Source of the DNA: an uncultured delta proteobacterium
Lineage (GTDB): Bacteria; Myxococcota_A; Polyangia; Polyangiales; JAFGIB01
NCBI GenBank assembly: GCA_963778655.1
Contig: CAVZVA010000011.1
Location: 565,365-629,364, forward strand
Length of the DNA: 64,000 bases
Direction: 5' to 3'
Shown here: positions 27,825-36,576 of the stretch, piece by piece
Numbering within the stretch: the first letter of the stretch is position 1
Layout: the number at the start of each line of letters is the position of its first letter
Translations under genes and position numbers: made by a program
The notes under the pieces: generated by a model
Databases searched by the model: none
What the model was told of the DNA's origin: nothing
What the model saw: the letters and a program-made list of their open reading frames with translations, nothing else

Positions 27825-29659
27825 TCCGGCGCAAAGGCGGCCTGGTAGGCGGCGCGGTCGACACGGGCGGCCGCCGGCTGGCGCTCGCGCAACAATAGAC
27901 AGCGCTCGACCACCAGCGCGTCCATCGCGGTGGCCATGAAGCAGCGGTATGCCTCGGCCGGGGTGTTGACGATCGGCTCGCCGCGCACGTTGAAGCTGGT
28001 GTTGATCAGCGCCGGACAGCCGGTGCGCCGCTCGAAGGCCTTGAGGATCTTGTAGAAGCGCGGAAAGCGCTCGGAGTCGACCGACTGCACGCGCGCCGAG
28101 TAGTCGACGTGGGTGACGGCGGGCAGCGTCGAGCGCACCTCGCTCACGCGCTCGAGGCCGCGGGCTTGCTCACCCCCCTGGCCTGCCGGCGCCACGCGCT
28201 GCTGGGGTCGCACGGCCGCGGCCAGCAGCATGTAGGGACTGTGTTGTCCTTCGCGCAGCTCGAAGTACTCGTGCGCGCGCTCCTGCAGGATCGCCGGCGC
28301 AAAGGGCCGGAACGACTCCCTGAGCTTGATCGCAAGGTTCATCGTGCGCTGCATCGTGGGCGAGCGCGGATCACCCAGAATGGAGCGCGATCCGAGCGCG
28401 CGCGGGCCGAACTCCATCCTGCCGGCGAAGTGTCCGACCACGCGCCCGGCCGCGATCAGCTCGGCGATGCGCTCCACCAGCGCGTCCTCGCTGGCGAAGG
28501 GCTCGTAGACGGCGCCCAGCGCATCGAGCTGGCGCCGCACCTCCTGGTCGGCGTACGCCGGTCCCAGCAGCGAGCCACGCTGGCGATCGCCGCCGGCGGG
28601 CAAGCGCGGATGACCGAGCAGCTGGTGCCACACGAACAACGCCGCCCCCAGCGCCCCGCCGGCGTCGCCCGCGGCGGGCTGGATCCACAGCTGCTCGAAG
28701 GGACCCTCGCGCGAAAGCCGGCCGTTGGCCACGCAGTTGAGTGCCACGCCGCCCGCGAGCACCAGCCGCTTGGCGGAGGTAAGCGCATGGGCATGGCGCG
28801 CGATGCGCAGCACGATCTCCTCGGTCACCGCCTGGATCGAAGCGGCCAGGTCCATTTCGCGCTGCGTGATCGGGGTCTCGGGCTTGCGCGGCGGACCATC
28901 GAACAGCTCGGCCATCGCCGTAGACGTCATCACGTCGTCGCGAGTGTAGCCGAAGTAGCGCATGTCCAGCCGAAACGAGCCGTCCGGTTTCAGATCCACG
29001 AGCTGGCCAAGGATGCGCTCCTTGTAGCGGGGCGAGCCGTACGCGGCCAAGCCCATCAGCTTGTGCTCGCCGCTGTTGACCTTGAAGCCCGTGAAGTAGG
29101 TCAGCGCGGAATACAGCAGACCGAGCGAGTGCGGGAAGCGCAGCTCGCGCAACATCTGCAGCCGGTTGCCGCGTCCGATCGCGATGCTGCCGGTCGTCCA
29201 TTCGCCGACGCCGTCGAGCGTGAGGATCGCCGCTTCGTCGTAGGGCGATGGGAAGAATGCACTTGCCGCGTGCGACTCGTGGTGCTGCAGAAACACGTAG
29301 CGCCCGCGGTACGTGCCGCCGAGGCCGCGGTCGAGCTGGCGCGGGATGTGCAGCTTCTTCTCCAGCCACGTGGGCAGGCCAAGCGAGAACAGCCTGAATC
29401 CGCGGGGCCAGGACGCGAGGTAAGTCTCGAGCAGCCGGTCGAGCTTGAGCAGCGGCTTGTCGTAGAACGCGACCAGGTCGAGCTCGCCGGCCTGCAGGCC
29501 GGCCTCGGCCAGACAGTACTGCAGGGCCTGAAGCGGAAAGCGCGCGTCGTGCTTCTTGCGCGTGAAACGCTCCTCCTGCGCGGCGGCGACGATCTCGCCG
29601 TCCCGAACCAGGCAGGCCGCGCTGTCGTGGTAAAAAGCCGAGAGCCCGAGAATGTTCAC
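27821..29659 (-). CDS. Carbamoyltransferase (NodU/CmcH family)
   Basis: ILGLSAFYHDSAA, EERFTRKKHD, HHESHAASAF, GGVALNCVAN, GPRALGSRS, NTSFNVRGEP. Confidence 0.95.
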   Translation of the reverse strand: MNILGLSAFYHDSAACLVRDGEIVAAAQEERFTRKKHDARFPLQALQYCLAEAGLQAGELDLVAFYDKPLLKLDRLLETYLASWPRGFRLFSLGLPTWLEKKLHIPRQLDRGLGGTYRGRYVFLQHHESHAASAFFPSPYDEAAILTLDGVGEWTTGSIAIGRGNRLQMLRELRFPHSLGLLYSALTYFTGFKVNSGEHKLMGLAAYGSPRYKERILGQLVDLKPDGSFRLDMRYFGYTRDDVMTSTAMAELFDGPPRKPETPITQREMDLAASIQAVTEEIVLRIARHAHALTSAKRLVLAGGVALNCVANGRLSREGPFEQLWIQPAAGDAGGALGAALFVWHQLLGHPRLPAGGDRQRGSLLGPAYADQEVRRQLDALGAVYEPFASEDALVERIAELIAAGRVVGHFAGRMEFGPRALGSRSILGDPRSPTMQRTMNLAIKLRESFRPFAPAILQERAHEYFELREGQHSPYMLLAAAVRPQQRVAPAGQGGEQARGLERVSEVRSTLPAVTHVDYSARVQSVDSERFPRFYKILKAFERRTGCPALINTSFNVRGEPIVNTPAEAYRCFMATAMDALVVERCLLLRERQPAAARVDRAAYQAAFAPD

Positions 29660-29680
29660 GCGCCGCGCTCGGCCGTGCGC

Positions 29681-30019
29681 TCAACGCCGGCCGCGCGGAC
29701 CGCCAGGGCCGCGCGGGCCGGGGGGACGCCGCCCGCCGCCGCCACCCTCGCGCGCGCCGGGGCCGCCGCTGGGCTCGCGCGCCTCGTTGATGCGCAGCGC
29801 ACGGCCGTCGAGCTCCTGACCGTCGAGCTGCTCGATCGCGGCCTGCGCGTCCTCGGGCGTTTCCAGCGCGACGAAGGCAAACCCGCGAGGATTGCCGGTG
29901 TCGCGATCACGGGGCATGTAGACGTCGGTCACTTTGCGGCCGTGCCCCTCGAAGAACGCGCGAAGCGCGTCCTCACTGGTGTTGTAGGACAGGTTTCCGA
30001 CGTAGAGCTTGCTCTTCAT
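29681..30019 (-). CDS. RRM RNA-binding protein with Gly/Arg tail
   Basis: KLYVGNLSY (RNP2), RGFAFV (RNP1), LDGRALRINEA. Confidence 0.95.
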   Translation of the reverse strand: MKSKLYVGNLSYNTSEDALRAFFEGHGRKVTDVYMPRDRDTGNPRGFAFVALETPEDAQAAIEQLDGQELDGRALRINEAREPSGGPGAREGGGGGRRPPGPRGPGGPRGRR

Positions 30020-30183
30020 GGTTCTTCTCCCGGACTCGCGATCAGTCGTGCTCGCTGCTGCAGTTGCGCCCGAAGGGAACAGACGTGCGAGCTCGGAGAA
30101 GGAGCTGCCGAAGCGACCGGCCGGTCTTGCCACGAGCAGTACGATGTCTCTCGGGACACTCGCAGCGTAGCACAGCGCACAGG

Positions 30184-30220
30184 CGCGTTCGAGCGCGGCA
30201 GCAAGCCGCGCTCGAACGCG
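30184..30220. terminator. Perfect 16-bp hairpin between sod-like and RRM genes (no U-tract)
   Basis: CGCGTTCGAGCGCGGC-AGCAA-GCCGCGCTCGAACGCG. Confidence 0.45.
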
Positions 30221-30296
30221 AAAACAGAGTCGGATCACATAGTTGAGTGCGCGAGCGCAAACCCGGTCTGGGCGCGTCCACGCGGTCGCGGTCCGC

Positions 30297-30800
30297 TCAC
30301 ATGATGATGCCGCAGCCGATGCGCGCGCCGCCGGTGCCATGCACCACGACGGCGTGGCCGATCACGTTGGTGGTCGCCGCACCGCCCACGCTCCAGGCGA
30401 GCGTCGGATCGGTCGCCGCACGCGTCAGCGTGGTGGACCCGGTCGTGCCCGTGCAGACGATGTTGGGGATGCCCTCGCCGCGCGTCATGTCCCAGTGGCC
30501 GCCCTGGCTCGTCTCGTCCGCGCAGCTCGTGCCCTGGTGGATGTGCACCGGGAGCCCGCCCACCACGTCGGCGGGACAGTTGTTGACGGTGATCTGGACC
30601 GTGACGTCGGTCCCGCTCTGGGTGAAGGTCGCGGTCCCGCTCACCGTGCCGCCGTTGAAGCCCACGATCTGTGCCGCCGCTGTCGTGCCGACGGCCCCGT
30701 TGCCGGCGCCGCCGCCGCCGTTGCTGCTGCTCTTCTTGCACGCTCCAAGCGCGAGCGCGCACGCCGCCACTACTAGCCACTGTCCGAAGCCCGTCTTCAT
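30297..30800 (-). CDS. Cu/Zn-SOD-family lipoprotein (reduced, likely Cu-only)
   Basis: LGAC lipobox; VHIHQGTSC, GGHW, IGHAVVVH, ARIGCGII. Confidence 0.85.
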   Translation of the reverse strand: MKTGFGQWLVVAACALALGACKKSSSNGGGGAGNGAVGTTAAAQIVGFNGGTVSGTATFTQSGTDVTVQITVNNCPADVVGGLPVHIHQGTSCADETSQGGHWDMTRGEGIPNIVCTGTTGSTTLTRAATDPTLAWSVGGAATTNVIGHAVVVHGTGGARIGCGIIM

Positions 30801-30942
30801 GAGTGCGTATCCTTTCCAGTCCGCCGTCACCACCTGACGCGGAGGCTGGCGCACTGTAGGTACAGCGCTTGCGCTTCCGCAAGCCCCCGGCTCACGGACC
30901 GGAATGTTTCGGTTTGCGCGCGGCCGACGCCGCGGCCGCGCC

Positions 30943-31878
30943 TCATTTCTCGCTGCGCAAGTACTTGAGCAGCGGCGCATCAGTGGACAGAACGATGTCG
31001 GTGTGGTCGTCCACGATCGAGCCGTAGGCGTCGAGCGTCTTGAGAAAAGCGTATAGCTCGGGGTCCTTGCCGTAGGCCTGGGCGTAGATGACCGCCGCCT
31101 GCGCGTCCGCACGTCCGCGAATTTCCTCGGCTTTTTGGTAGGCCTCGGAGCGGATCCGGAGCTTCTCGCGCTCCACCTTGCCCTCGATCTCCGCGCGCTT
31201 GCCCTGGCCCTCCGAGCGGTAGCGCTCGGCGATGCGCTTGCGCTCGGAAATCATGCGCTCGAACACCTTCTGCTGCACGCTGTCGACGTAGTTGACGTGC
31301 TTGAGCTTGACGTCCTCGAGCTCGATTCCGTACTCGGGCATCACCTTGGACGCCTTGTCGAGCACCAACCCGGCCAGGCGCTCGCGTCCGATCGTGGGCA
31401 CGAACGCGCTCTGATCGGTCTGGGTGTCGTCGGTCTCGTCGCCGCGCTCGAACTTGCGCGCGCTCGAGCGCACGATGTCGATCAAATCGTGGCTGGCGAT
31501 CACGTTGCGCACCTCGCCGTCGATGATGTCGTCCAGGCGCGATTGCGCGCTGGACTCGTCGTGCAACCGCTTGAAGAACTTGATCGGGTCGGCGATGCGC
31601 CAGCGCGCGAATGCGTCGATCCAGATGTACTTCTTGTCGCGGGTCGGGATCTGATTGGGCGCGCCCTCCCACTCCAGCCAGCGCTTGTCGAAGCTGTGGA
31701 CCTCCTGCACCAGCGGCACCTTCCAGTGCAGGCCGGCCTGCTTCACCGCTCCGCCCATGATCTTGCCGAATTCGGTGATCAGCACCTGCTCGTTTTCGGC
31801 AACGGTGAAGACCGCGCTCTCGGCCACGATCAGCACGATGGTGAGCAGCGCGGCCCCGATCAAGAAACGCGAGCTCAT
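30943..31878 (-). CDS. hflC: FtsH modulator HflC
   Basis: SPFH domain; PTRDKK..WRIADP, VFERMISER, DPELYAFLKTL. Confidence 0.92.
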   Translation of the reverse strand: MSSRFLIGAALLTIVLIVAESAVFTVAENEQVLITEFGKIMGGAVKQAGLHWKVPLVQEVHSFDKRWLEWEGAPNQIPTRDKKYIWIDAFARWRIADPIKFFKRLHDESSAQSRLDDIIDGEVRNVIASHDLIDIVRSSARKFERGDETDDTQTDQSAFVPTIGRERLAGLVLDKASKVMPEYGIELEDVKLKHVNYVDSVQQKVFERMISERKRIAERYRSEGQGKRAEIEGKVEREKLRIRSEAYQKAEEIRGRADAQAAVIYAQAYGKDPELYAFLKTLDAYGSIVDDHTDIVLSTDAPLLKYLRSEK

Positions 31879-32897
31879 GGCTGGTCTCCTTTCGAGAGTT
31901 GCTTGCCTTGTTCGAGGGAAAACAGCGGCAGCACGCCCTTGACCTTGTCGTCGATGAAGATGCGGCGGCGCGCCGCCGGCAGCACCTTGGCCATCTTCTC
32001 GAGGTACAGGCGCGAGCGGGTAACCGCTGGCGCCTTGGCGTACTCGGTCTGGAGCGCGGTGAAGCGGGCCACGTCGCCGCGCGCGTCGTTGACCCGCTCG
32101 GCGGCGTAGCCCTCCGCGTTCTGCACCTGCTGCTCGGCCTTGCCCTGCGCCTCGGGCACCACAGAGTTGTAGGCGGCCCAGGCCTGGTTGACCGCGCGCT
32201 CGCGCTCCTGGATCGCCTGGTTGACCTCGTTGAACGACTCGCGCACCGGCCCCGGCGGATTGACGTCCTGCAGCACCAGCTGCAGCACGTCGATGCCCAT
32301 CTGGTAGCGGTTGCACAGCCGTTGCAGCTCGTCCTTGGCCGCCATCTGGATCTGCTCGCGGCCCACGGTCAGCACCTCGGTGACGCTGTGGTCGCCGACC
32401 ACCGTACGCATCACCGCCTCGCTCAGATCGCGCAGGGTGTTGTGCACCTCGCGCACGCGAAACACGTACTGGTAGGGATTCTTCACCTTGTACTGCACGA
32501 TCCACTCGACGTCGGCCACGTTGAGGTCGCCGGTCAGCATGCGCGCCTCCTTGCGCGTCTCGTCGGTCTCCTCGTACTGGCTGCGTACGGCGGAGCGCAC
32601 GGTGCGAAAGCCGAACTCGTCCTTGAGCTGGCGCTGCACCGGCACCTTGATCACACGCTCGATGCCGAAGGGCCAGCGGAAGTGCGGCCCCGGCTGCGCG
32701 CTGTAGACATAGGCGCCGAAACGCGTGACCAGCGCGACCTGATCGGGCTCGACCTGGTAGTACGAGCTGTAGGCCCCGACCGCGACCAGCACGAGCACGA
32801 GCACCAGCGGCACGCGGCTGCGCAGCACGCCGAGCAGACCGCCGCCGAGCCCGCCCCGCGAGCCACCGCCGTACGACCCTCCGTTCTTGCCGGGCAT
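31875..32897 (-). CDS. hflK: FtsH modulator HflK
   Basis: MLTGDLNVADV, LQDVNPP, AKAPAVTRSRLYLE. Confidence 0.92.
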   Translation of the reverse strand: MPGKNGGSYGGGSRGGLGGGLLGVLRSRVPLVLVLVLVAVGAYSSYYQVEPDQVALVTRFGAYVYSAQPGPHFRWPFGIERVIKVPVQRQLKDEFGFRTVRSAVRSQYEETDETRKEARMLTGDLNVADVEWIVQYKVKNPYQYVFRVREVHNTLRDLSEAVMRTVVGDHSVTEVLTVGREQIQMAAKDELQRLCNRYQMGIDVLQLVLQDVNPPGPVRESFNEVNQAIQERERAVNQAWAAYNSVVPEAQGKAEQQVQNAEGYAAERVNDARGDVARFTALQTEYAKAPAVTRSRLYLEKMAKVLPAARRRIFIDDKVKGVLPLFSLEQGKQLSKGDQP

Positions 32898-33103
32898 CTT
32901 CGTCTCCTGGCGGCGCGCCGGCGCGTGTCGCGCCTCGCCTCGCCGCGTGTGATGGAAGCGCCGCGCCCGGCGCCCCGCATGCCTGAGCGCGCTGTGGTCC
33001 GAGACCCACGCGCCGAGGCTGGAGCATAGGGGAGAGGGCGCGCCGATGCCACCGGGCTTTTGCGCTCAGGCGCGCCAAAGGACCGATCACCGCGAGCTCT
33101 GAT

Positions 33104-34213
33104 TCAGGGCCGGCGGCGGTAGCGCAGCGGCTGCAGGCGCGGCTCGCGCGCGGCCGCGCGCGCACGCGCGTCGCGCACCAGCCCGTGTTGCGGCGAGAGC
33201 TCGCACGCGGGATCGGTGGCAGCCGCGTCGCCTAGCAGGTGGAACGCCTGACAGCGGCAGCCGCCGAAATCGAGCGTGCGTCGCTCGCAGCTCTTGCACG
33301 GTTCCTGCATGAACGCCTCGCCGCGAAACGCCTGCAGCCCCTCCGAGCGCGCCCAGATCTGCGACAGCGGCTGCTCGCCCACGCGCTCGAAGCGCAGCCC
33401 GTCGATGGTGTGAGCCTGGTGGCAGGGCAGCACCAGCCCGTCGGGGCTCACCAGCAAGTAGCGGCGACCCCAGCCGTCCATGCACGCGCGCGGGCGGGTC
33501 GCGTGGTAGTCGGGCAGCACGAACAGCAGCTCCATGCGCCCCGCCACGCGCGCACGCGCCTCGGCTGCCTGCGCGCGCGCTCTCTCGATCTGCTCGGCGC
33601 TCGGCAGCAGCGCCTCACGGTTCTGCAGCGCCCAGCCCAGGTACTGTGTGTTGGCGAGCTCGAGCCGCTCCGCGCCGAGCGAGAGCGCCAGCTCCACCAG
33701 CTCCGGCACCTGCGCGATGTTCTCGCGGTGCAGCACCACGTTGAGCGTGAGCGGCAGCCCGAGCTCGCCCGCCCAGCGCGCCGCCTGCAGCTTCTGCGCG
33801 AGCCAGGCCCGCCCGGCGATGCGCTCGGCGTCGCGCTCGTGCACGCCCTGCACCGAGATCTGGATGTTGCACAGCCCGCGTGCCTGCAGCCCGGCCAGCC
33901 GCTCGCGGCTGAGCGGCACCGCGCTGGTGATCAGGTTTACGTACAACCCGAGCTGGTGACCGCGCGCCACCAGCGCCTCGAGATCGGGCCGCAGCAGCGG
34001 CTCGCCGCCGGTCAGGTGCAGCTGCACCACGCCGAGCGCCTCCGCTTCCGCGAGCACGCGCTCCCAGACCCCCGTCTGCAGCTCTTCGCCCTGCTCGCGC
34101 AACGCGACCGGATTGGAGCAGTACACGCAGCGCAGCGGACAGCGATACGTCAGCTCCGCGATCAACGTGTACGGCCGTGGCGCGGCACTGCTCACGGCGA
34201 CGTCGTCGCTCAT
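33104..34213 (-). CDS. pqqE: PqqA peptide cyclase (radical SAM/SPASM)
   Basis: AELTYRCPLRCVYCSNP, CMDGWG, DFGGCRCQA. Confidence 0.97.
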   Translation of the reverse strand: MSDDVAVSSAAPRPYTLIAELTYRCPLRCVYCSNPVALREQGEELQTGVWERVLAEAEALGVVQLHLTGGEPLLRPDLEALVARGHQLGLYVNLITSAVPLSRERLAGLQARGLCNIQISVQGVHERDAERIAGRAWLAQKLQAARWAGELGLPLTLNVVLHRENIAQVPELVELALSLGAERLELANTQYLGWALQNREALLPSAEQIERARAQAAEARARVAGRMELLFVLPDYHATRPRACMDGWGRRYLLVSPDGLVLPCHQAHTIDGLRFERVGEQPLSQIWARSEGLQAFRGEAFMQEPCKSCERRTLDFGGCRCQAFHLLGDAAATDPACELSPQHGLVRDARARAAAREPRLQPLRYRRRP

Positions 34214-34491
34214 GACGTGAGCTCCAGCAGGTTGCGGTCGAGCAGCGCCTGCAGAAAGGCGTGGACATCCTGCTCGATGCGCGCACGCGCGCCAGCGCCG
34301 GAGCCCGCGGCCAAGCGCTCCACGATCTCGACCACGCGGTGGTTGCCGGTGCACAGCTCGGCCACCGCCGCCGCGGTCTGATTGAGCGCCAGGCCTTTTT
34401 CCGGGTAGAGCAGCATGTGGCGGCCGGAATGCCGATCGAAGCGCAAACGCACCTTGCGCGCCAGCCGCGGCCGCATGTCCGGCTCGATCAT
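34210..34491 (-). CDS. pqqD: PqqD peptide chaperone
   Basis: LLYPEKGLALN..ELC; operon position. Confidence 0.92.
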   Translation of the reverse strand: MIEPDMRPRLARKVRLRFDRHSGRHMLLYPEKGLALNQTAAAVAELCTGNHRVVEIVERLAAGSGAGARARIEQDVHAFLQALLDRNLLELTS

Positions 34492-35240
34492 CGCCCGGCC
34501 GGCGGCGGCGCCGCGGGCGGTGTCGGACCGTGCGCCAGCGCCACGCAGTCGAGCAGGTGCCACAGGATCTCGGTCTTGCGCACCAGCGCCGCCAGGCAGC
34601 GCTCCTGCAGCGCGCGGGTCGTGGCATGACGCAGCACGAAGGCGACCGCCTCTTCGGAGTCGCTCCGCGCGCGCGGTACGCGCGTGCGGAAGTACGCCAG
34701 CACCTCGCCGCGCACCCAGGGGTAATGGCGCTCCCAGGCGGCGATCCGTTTGGACATCAGATCGGGCGCGAAGAACTCCGTCAGCGACGAGGCCACCGCC
34801 TCGACCAGGCTGCGCTCGCGCACCAGCTGCACGTAAGCGTCGCAGGCGAAACGCACGCCCGGCAGCACCGAGCGGCAGCTCGCGACCTCCTCGCGGTCCA
34901 GGCCCACGCCCTCGGCCAGCCGCAGCCACAGCGCAAGCCCGCCCTCGCCTTCCTGCTCGCCGTCGTGATCGTGGATGCGGTGGATCCACAGCCGCCGAAA
35001 CGCCGGATCCTCGGACTTGGCCAGGATCAGCGCGTCTTTGATCGGCACCCGCGTCTGGTAGTAGTAGCGGTTGAGCACCCAGGCTTGCAGCTGCTCGCGG
35101 CGAAGCGTGCCCTCGTGCATCGCCACGTGGAAGTGGTGGTGGTCGTGATAGCGGCGCGCGCCCTGCTCGCGCAGGCGCTCCACGAAGGCCTCTTCCGACC
35201 AGAGCTGGCCGGCGCCGGGCTCGGACGCGCCGCCGCTCAC
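34488..35240 (-). CDS. pqqC: Pyrroloquinoline-quinone synthase
   Basis: WVLNRYYYQ..KDA, RIHDHDG, SSLTEFFAP. Confidence 0.97.
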   Translation of the reverse strand: MSGGASEPGAGQLWSEEAFVERLREQGARRYHDHHHFHVAMHEGTLRREQLQAWVLNRYYYQTRVPIKDALILAKSEDPAFRRLWIHRIHDHDGEQEGEGGLALWLRLAEGVGLDREEVASCRSVLPGVRFACDAYVQLVRERSLVEAVASSLTEFFAPDLMSKRIAAWERHYPWVRGEVLAYFRTRVPRARSDSEEAVAFVLRHATTRALQERCLAALVRKTEILWHLLDCVALAHGPTPPAAPPPAGR

Positions 35241-36157
35241 GGCTCGAGCTCCATGCCGTCGTAGGCGATCTCGACGCCGGCCGCACGCGCCTGCGCGGCC
35301 TGCTCCGAGTCCTCGAGCAGCAGCGGATTGGTGTTGTTGACGTGGATCAGCACGCGCCGCGCGTGCCGGAGCGCGGCCAGCAGCTCGAGGCTGCCGCCCG
35401 CGCCGCCCACCGGCCAGTGCGCCATCTGCTCGGCGCGCTTGTCACCCAGCCCAAGCGCGATTAGCTCGTCGCTCGACCAGAACGTGCCATCGAAGAACAC
35501 GCAGCGCGCGGCCTGCAGCGCCGCGTGCAGCGCCGGCGTCGGCCCGCCCACCGCCGGAAAGTACGAAAGGGTCGCGCCGCTCGCGCGCTCGCGCAGCAGC
35601 AGCCCCACGTTGTCCTCGTCGCCGCCCTGGCCCGAGCCCTCGAGGTGGATCGGCAGCTTGCCCGGCACGGCGATCGCCTCCAGCGACAGCCCGCTCGGCT
35701 GCCCATCGGGCAGCTGCAGCGGCAGCTCGCGGCCGAGCTCGAGCGGGATGAAGCGCACCTGACCCTCGAAACGCTGCAGCGTTCGCGCCAGCACGTTGCC
35801 CTGGGTGAAGCCTTGCCACACAGCCGCGGTCGCGTACACGCGCAGGGGGTGTGACTCGCGCAGCGAGAGCAAGCCCAGACAGTGGTCGAGGTCGCCGTTG
35901 GTCAGCACGATGCCGGCCAGCGGCGAGTGCCGCGCTCCGCGCGGGTGCAGCGGCGTGAAGCTCTCGATCTGCTGCCGGATCTCGGGCGAGGCGTTGAGCA
36001 GAAACCATGCCTCGCCGTCCGCGCTGACCGCCAGCGACTCCTGGCTGCGCGGCCGCGCGTGCGCGGCGCCCCGCCGCGCCTCACGGCAATTGAAGCAGCC
36101 GCAGTTCCACTGCGGGAAGCCACCGCCCGCCGCGGACCCGAGCACGCGCGCCTTCAC
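35237..36157 (-). CDS. pqqB: PqqB
   Basis: LGSAAGGGFPQWNCGCFNC, LNASPEIRQQ, HVNNTNP. Confidence 0.97.
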   Translation of the reverse strand: MKARVLGSAAGGGFPQWNCGCFNCREARRGAAHARPRSQESLAVSADGEAWFLLNASPEIRQQIESFTPLHPRGARHSPLAGIVLTNGDLDHCLGLLSLRESHPLRVYATAAVWQGFTQGNVLARTLQRFEGQVRFIPLELGRELPLQLPDGQPSGLSLEAIAVPGKLPIHLEGSGQGGDEDNVGLLLRERASGATLSYFPAVGGPTPALHAALQAARCVFFDGTFWSSDELIALGLGDKRAEQMAHWPVGGAGGSLELLAALRHARRVLIHVNNTNPLLLEDSEQAAQARAAGVEIAYDGMELEP

Positions 36158-36165
36158 GGTCCGTC

Positions 36166-36244
36166 ACCGGGGAGGGCACGCGCCCTGCCCGCCCCACCGG
36201 CCAAGCCGTTGGGGCCCCACTCCCCCGCGGGGCTGGCTTCGCTC
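36166..36244. repeat. REP-like intergenic repeat family B, copy 1 (a second related unit at ~36290-36370)
   Basis: Shares GGGCACGCGCC..CCCGCCC..AAGCC..GGGGCCC..GCTTCGCTC with 59711-59788. Confidence 0.6.
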
Positions 36245-36407
36245 GCTCGTGCGTTGCGTCCGCCGACGCCTGCGTTGAGGCCGTCTACCCCCCGGGCAGG
36301 CGCCCTACCCGCCCCCGCCTCGCGGGCAGAGCCGTAGCGGCTCCCCCCCGCGCGAGGCTGGCTGCGCTCATGGAGAGATTCGCTGCGCCCACGCTGCGCC
36401 CGCGCGC

Positions 36408-36533
36408 TCACTCGCTGTCGGCGTCGCGCTCGGCCTCGATGCGCCGGGTATCGAACTCGCTGAAGTCGCTCTGGTAGGCGCCGATCTCCGCGCTCATGTC
36501 GATCTCGAGGAACGAAGGTGTCTCCCAGTCCAT
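36408..36533 (-). CDS. pqqA: PQQ precursor peptide PqqA, 41 aa with acidic C-terminal extension (absent from ORF track)
   Basis: MDWETPSFLEIDMSAEIGAYQSDFSEFDTRRIEAERDADSE; W..P leader, ExxxY core, AAGGAG SD, upstream of pqqB. Confidence 0.88.
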   Translation of the reverse strand: MDWETPSFLEIDMSAEIGAYQSDFSEFDTRRIEAERDADSE

Positions 36534-36576
36534 GCTCGCTGCTCCTTGCTGGCGATCTCGCCCAGCCTCTACTGTG

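Noticed and set aside
27181..29659. Saxitoxin cluster (sxtI/J/K-like)
   Set aside because: This trio is widespread outside toxin clusters; no sxtA or other sxt genes are present
36154..36411. 85-aa ORF bridging pqqA and pqqB
   Set aside because: Translates repeat-derived sequence with no protein features, although it does overlap both neighbours by 4 nt
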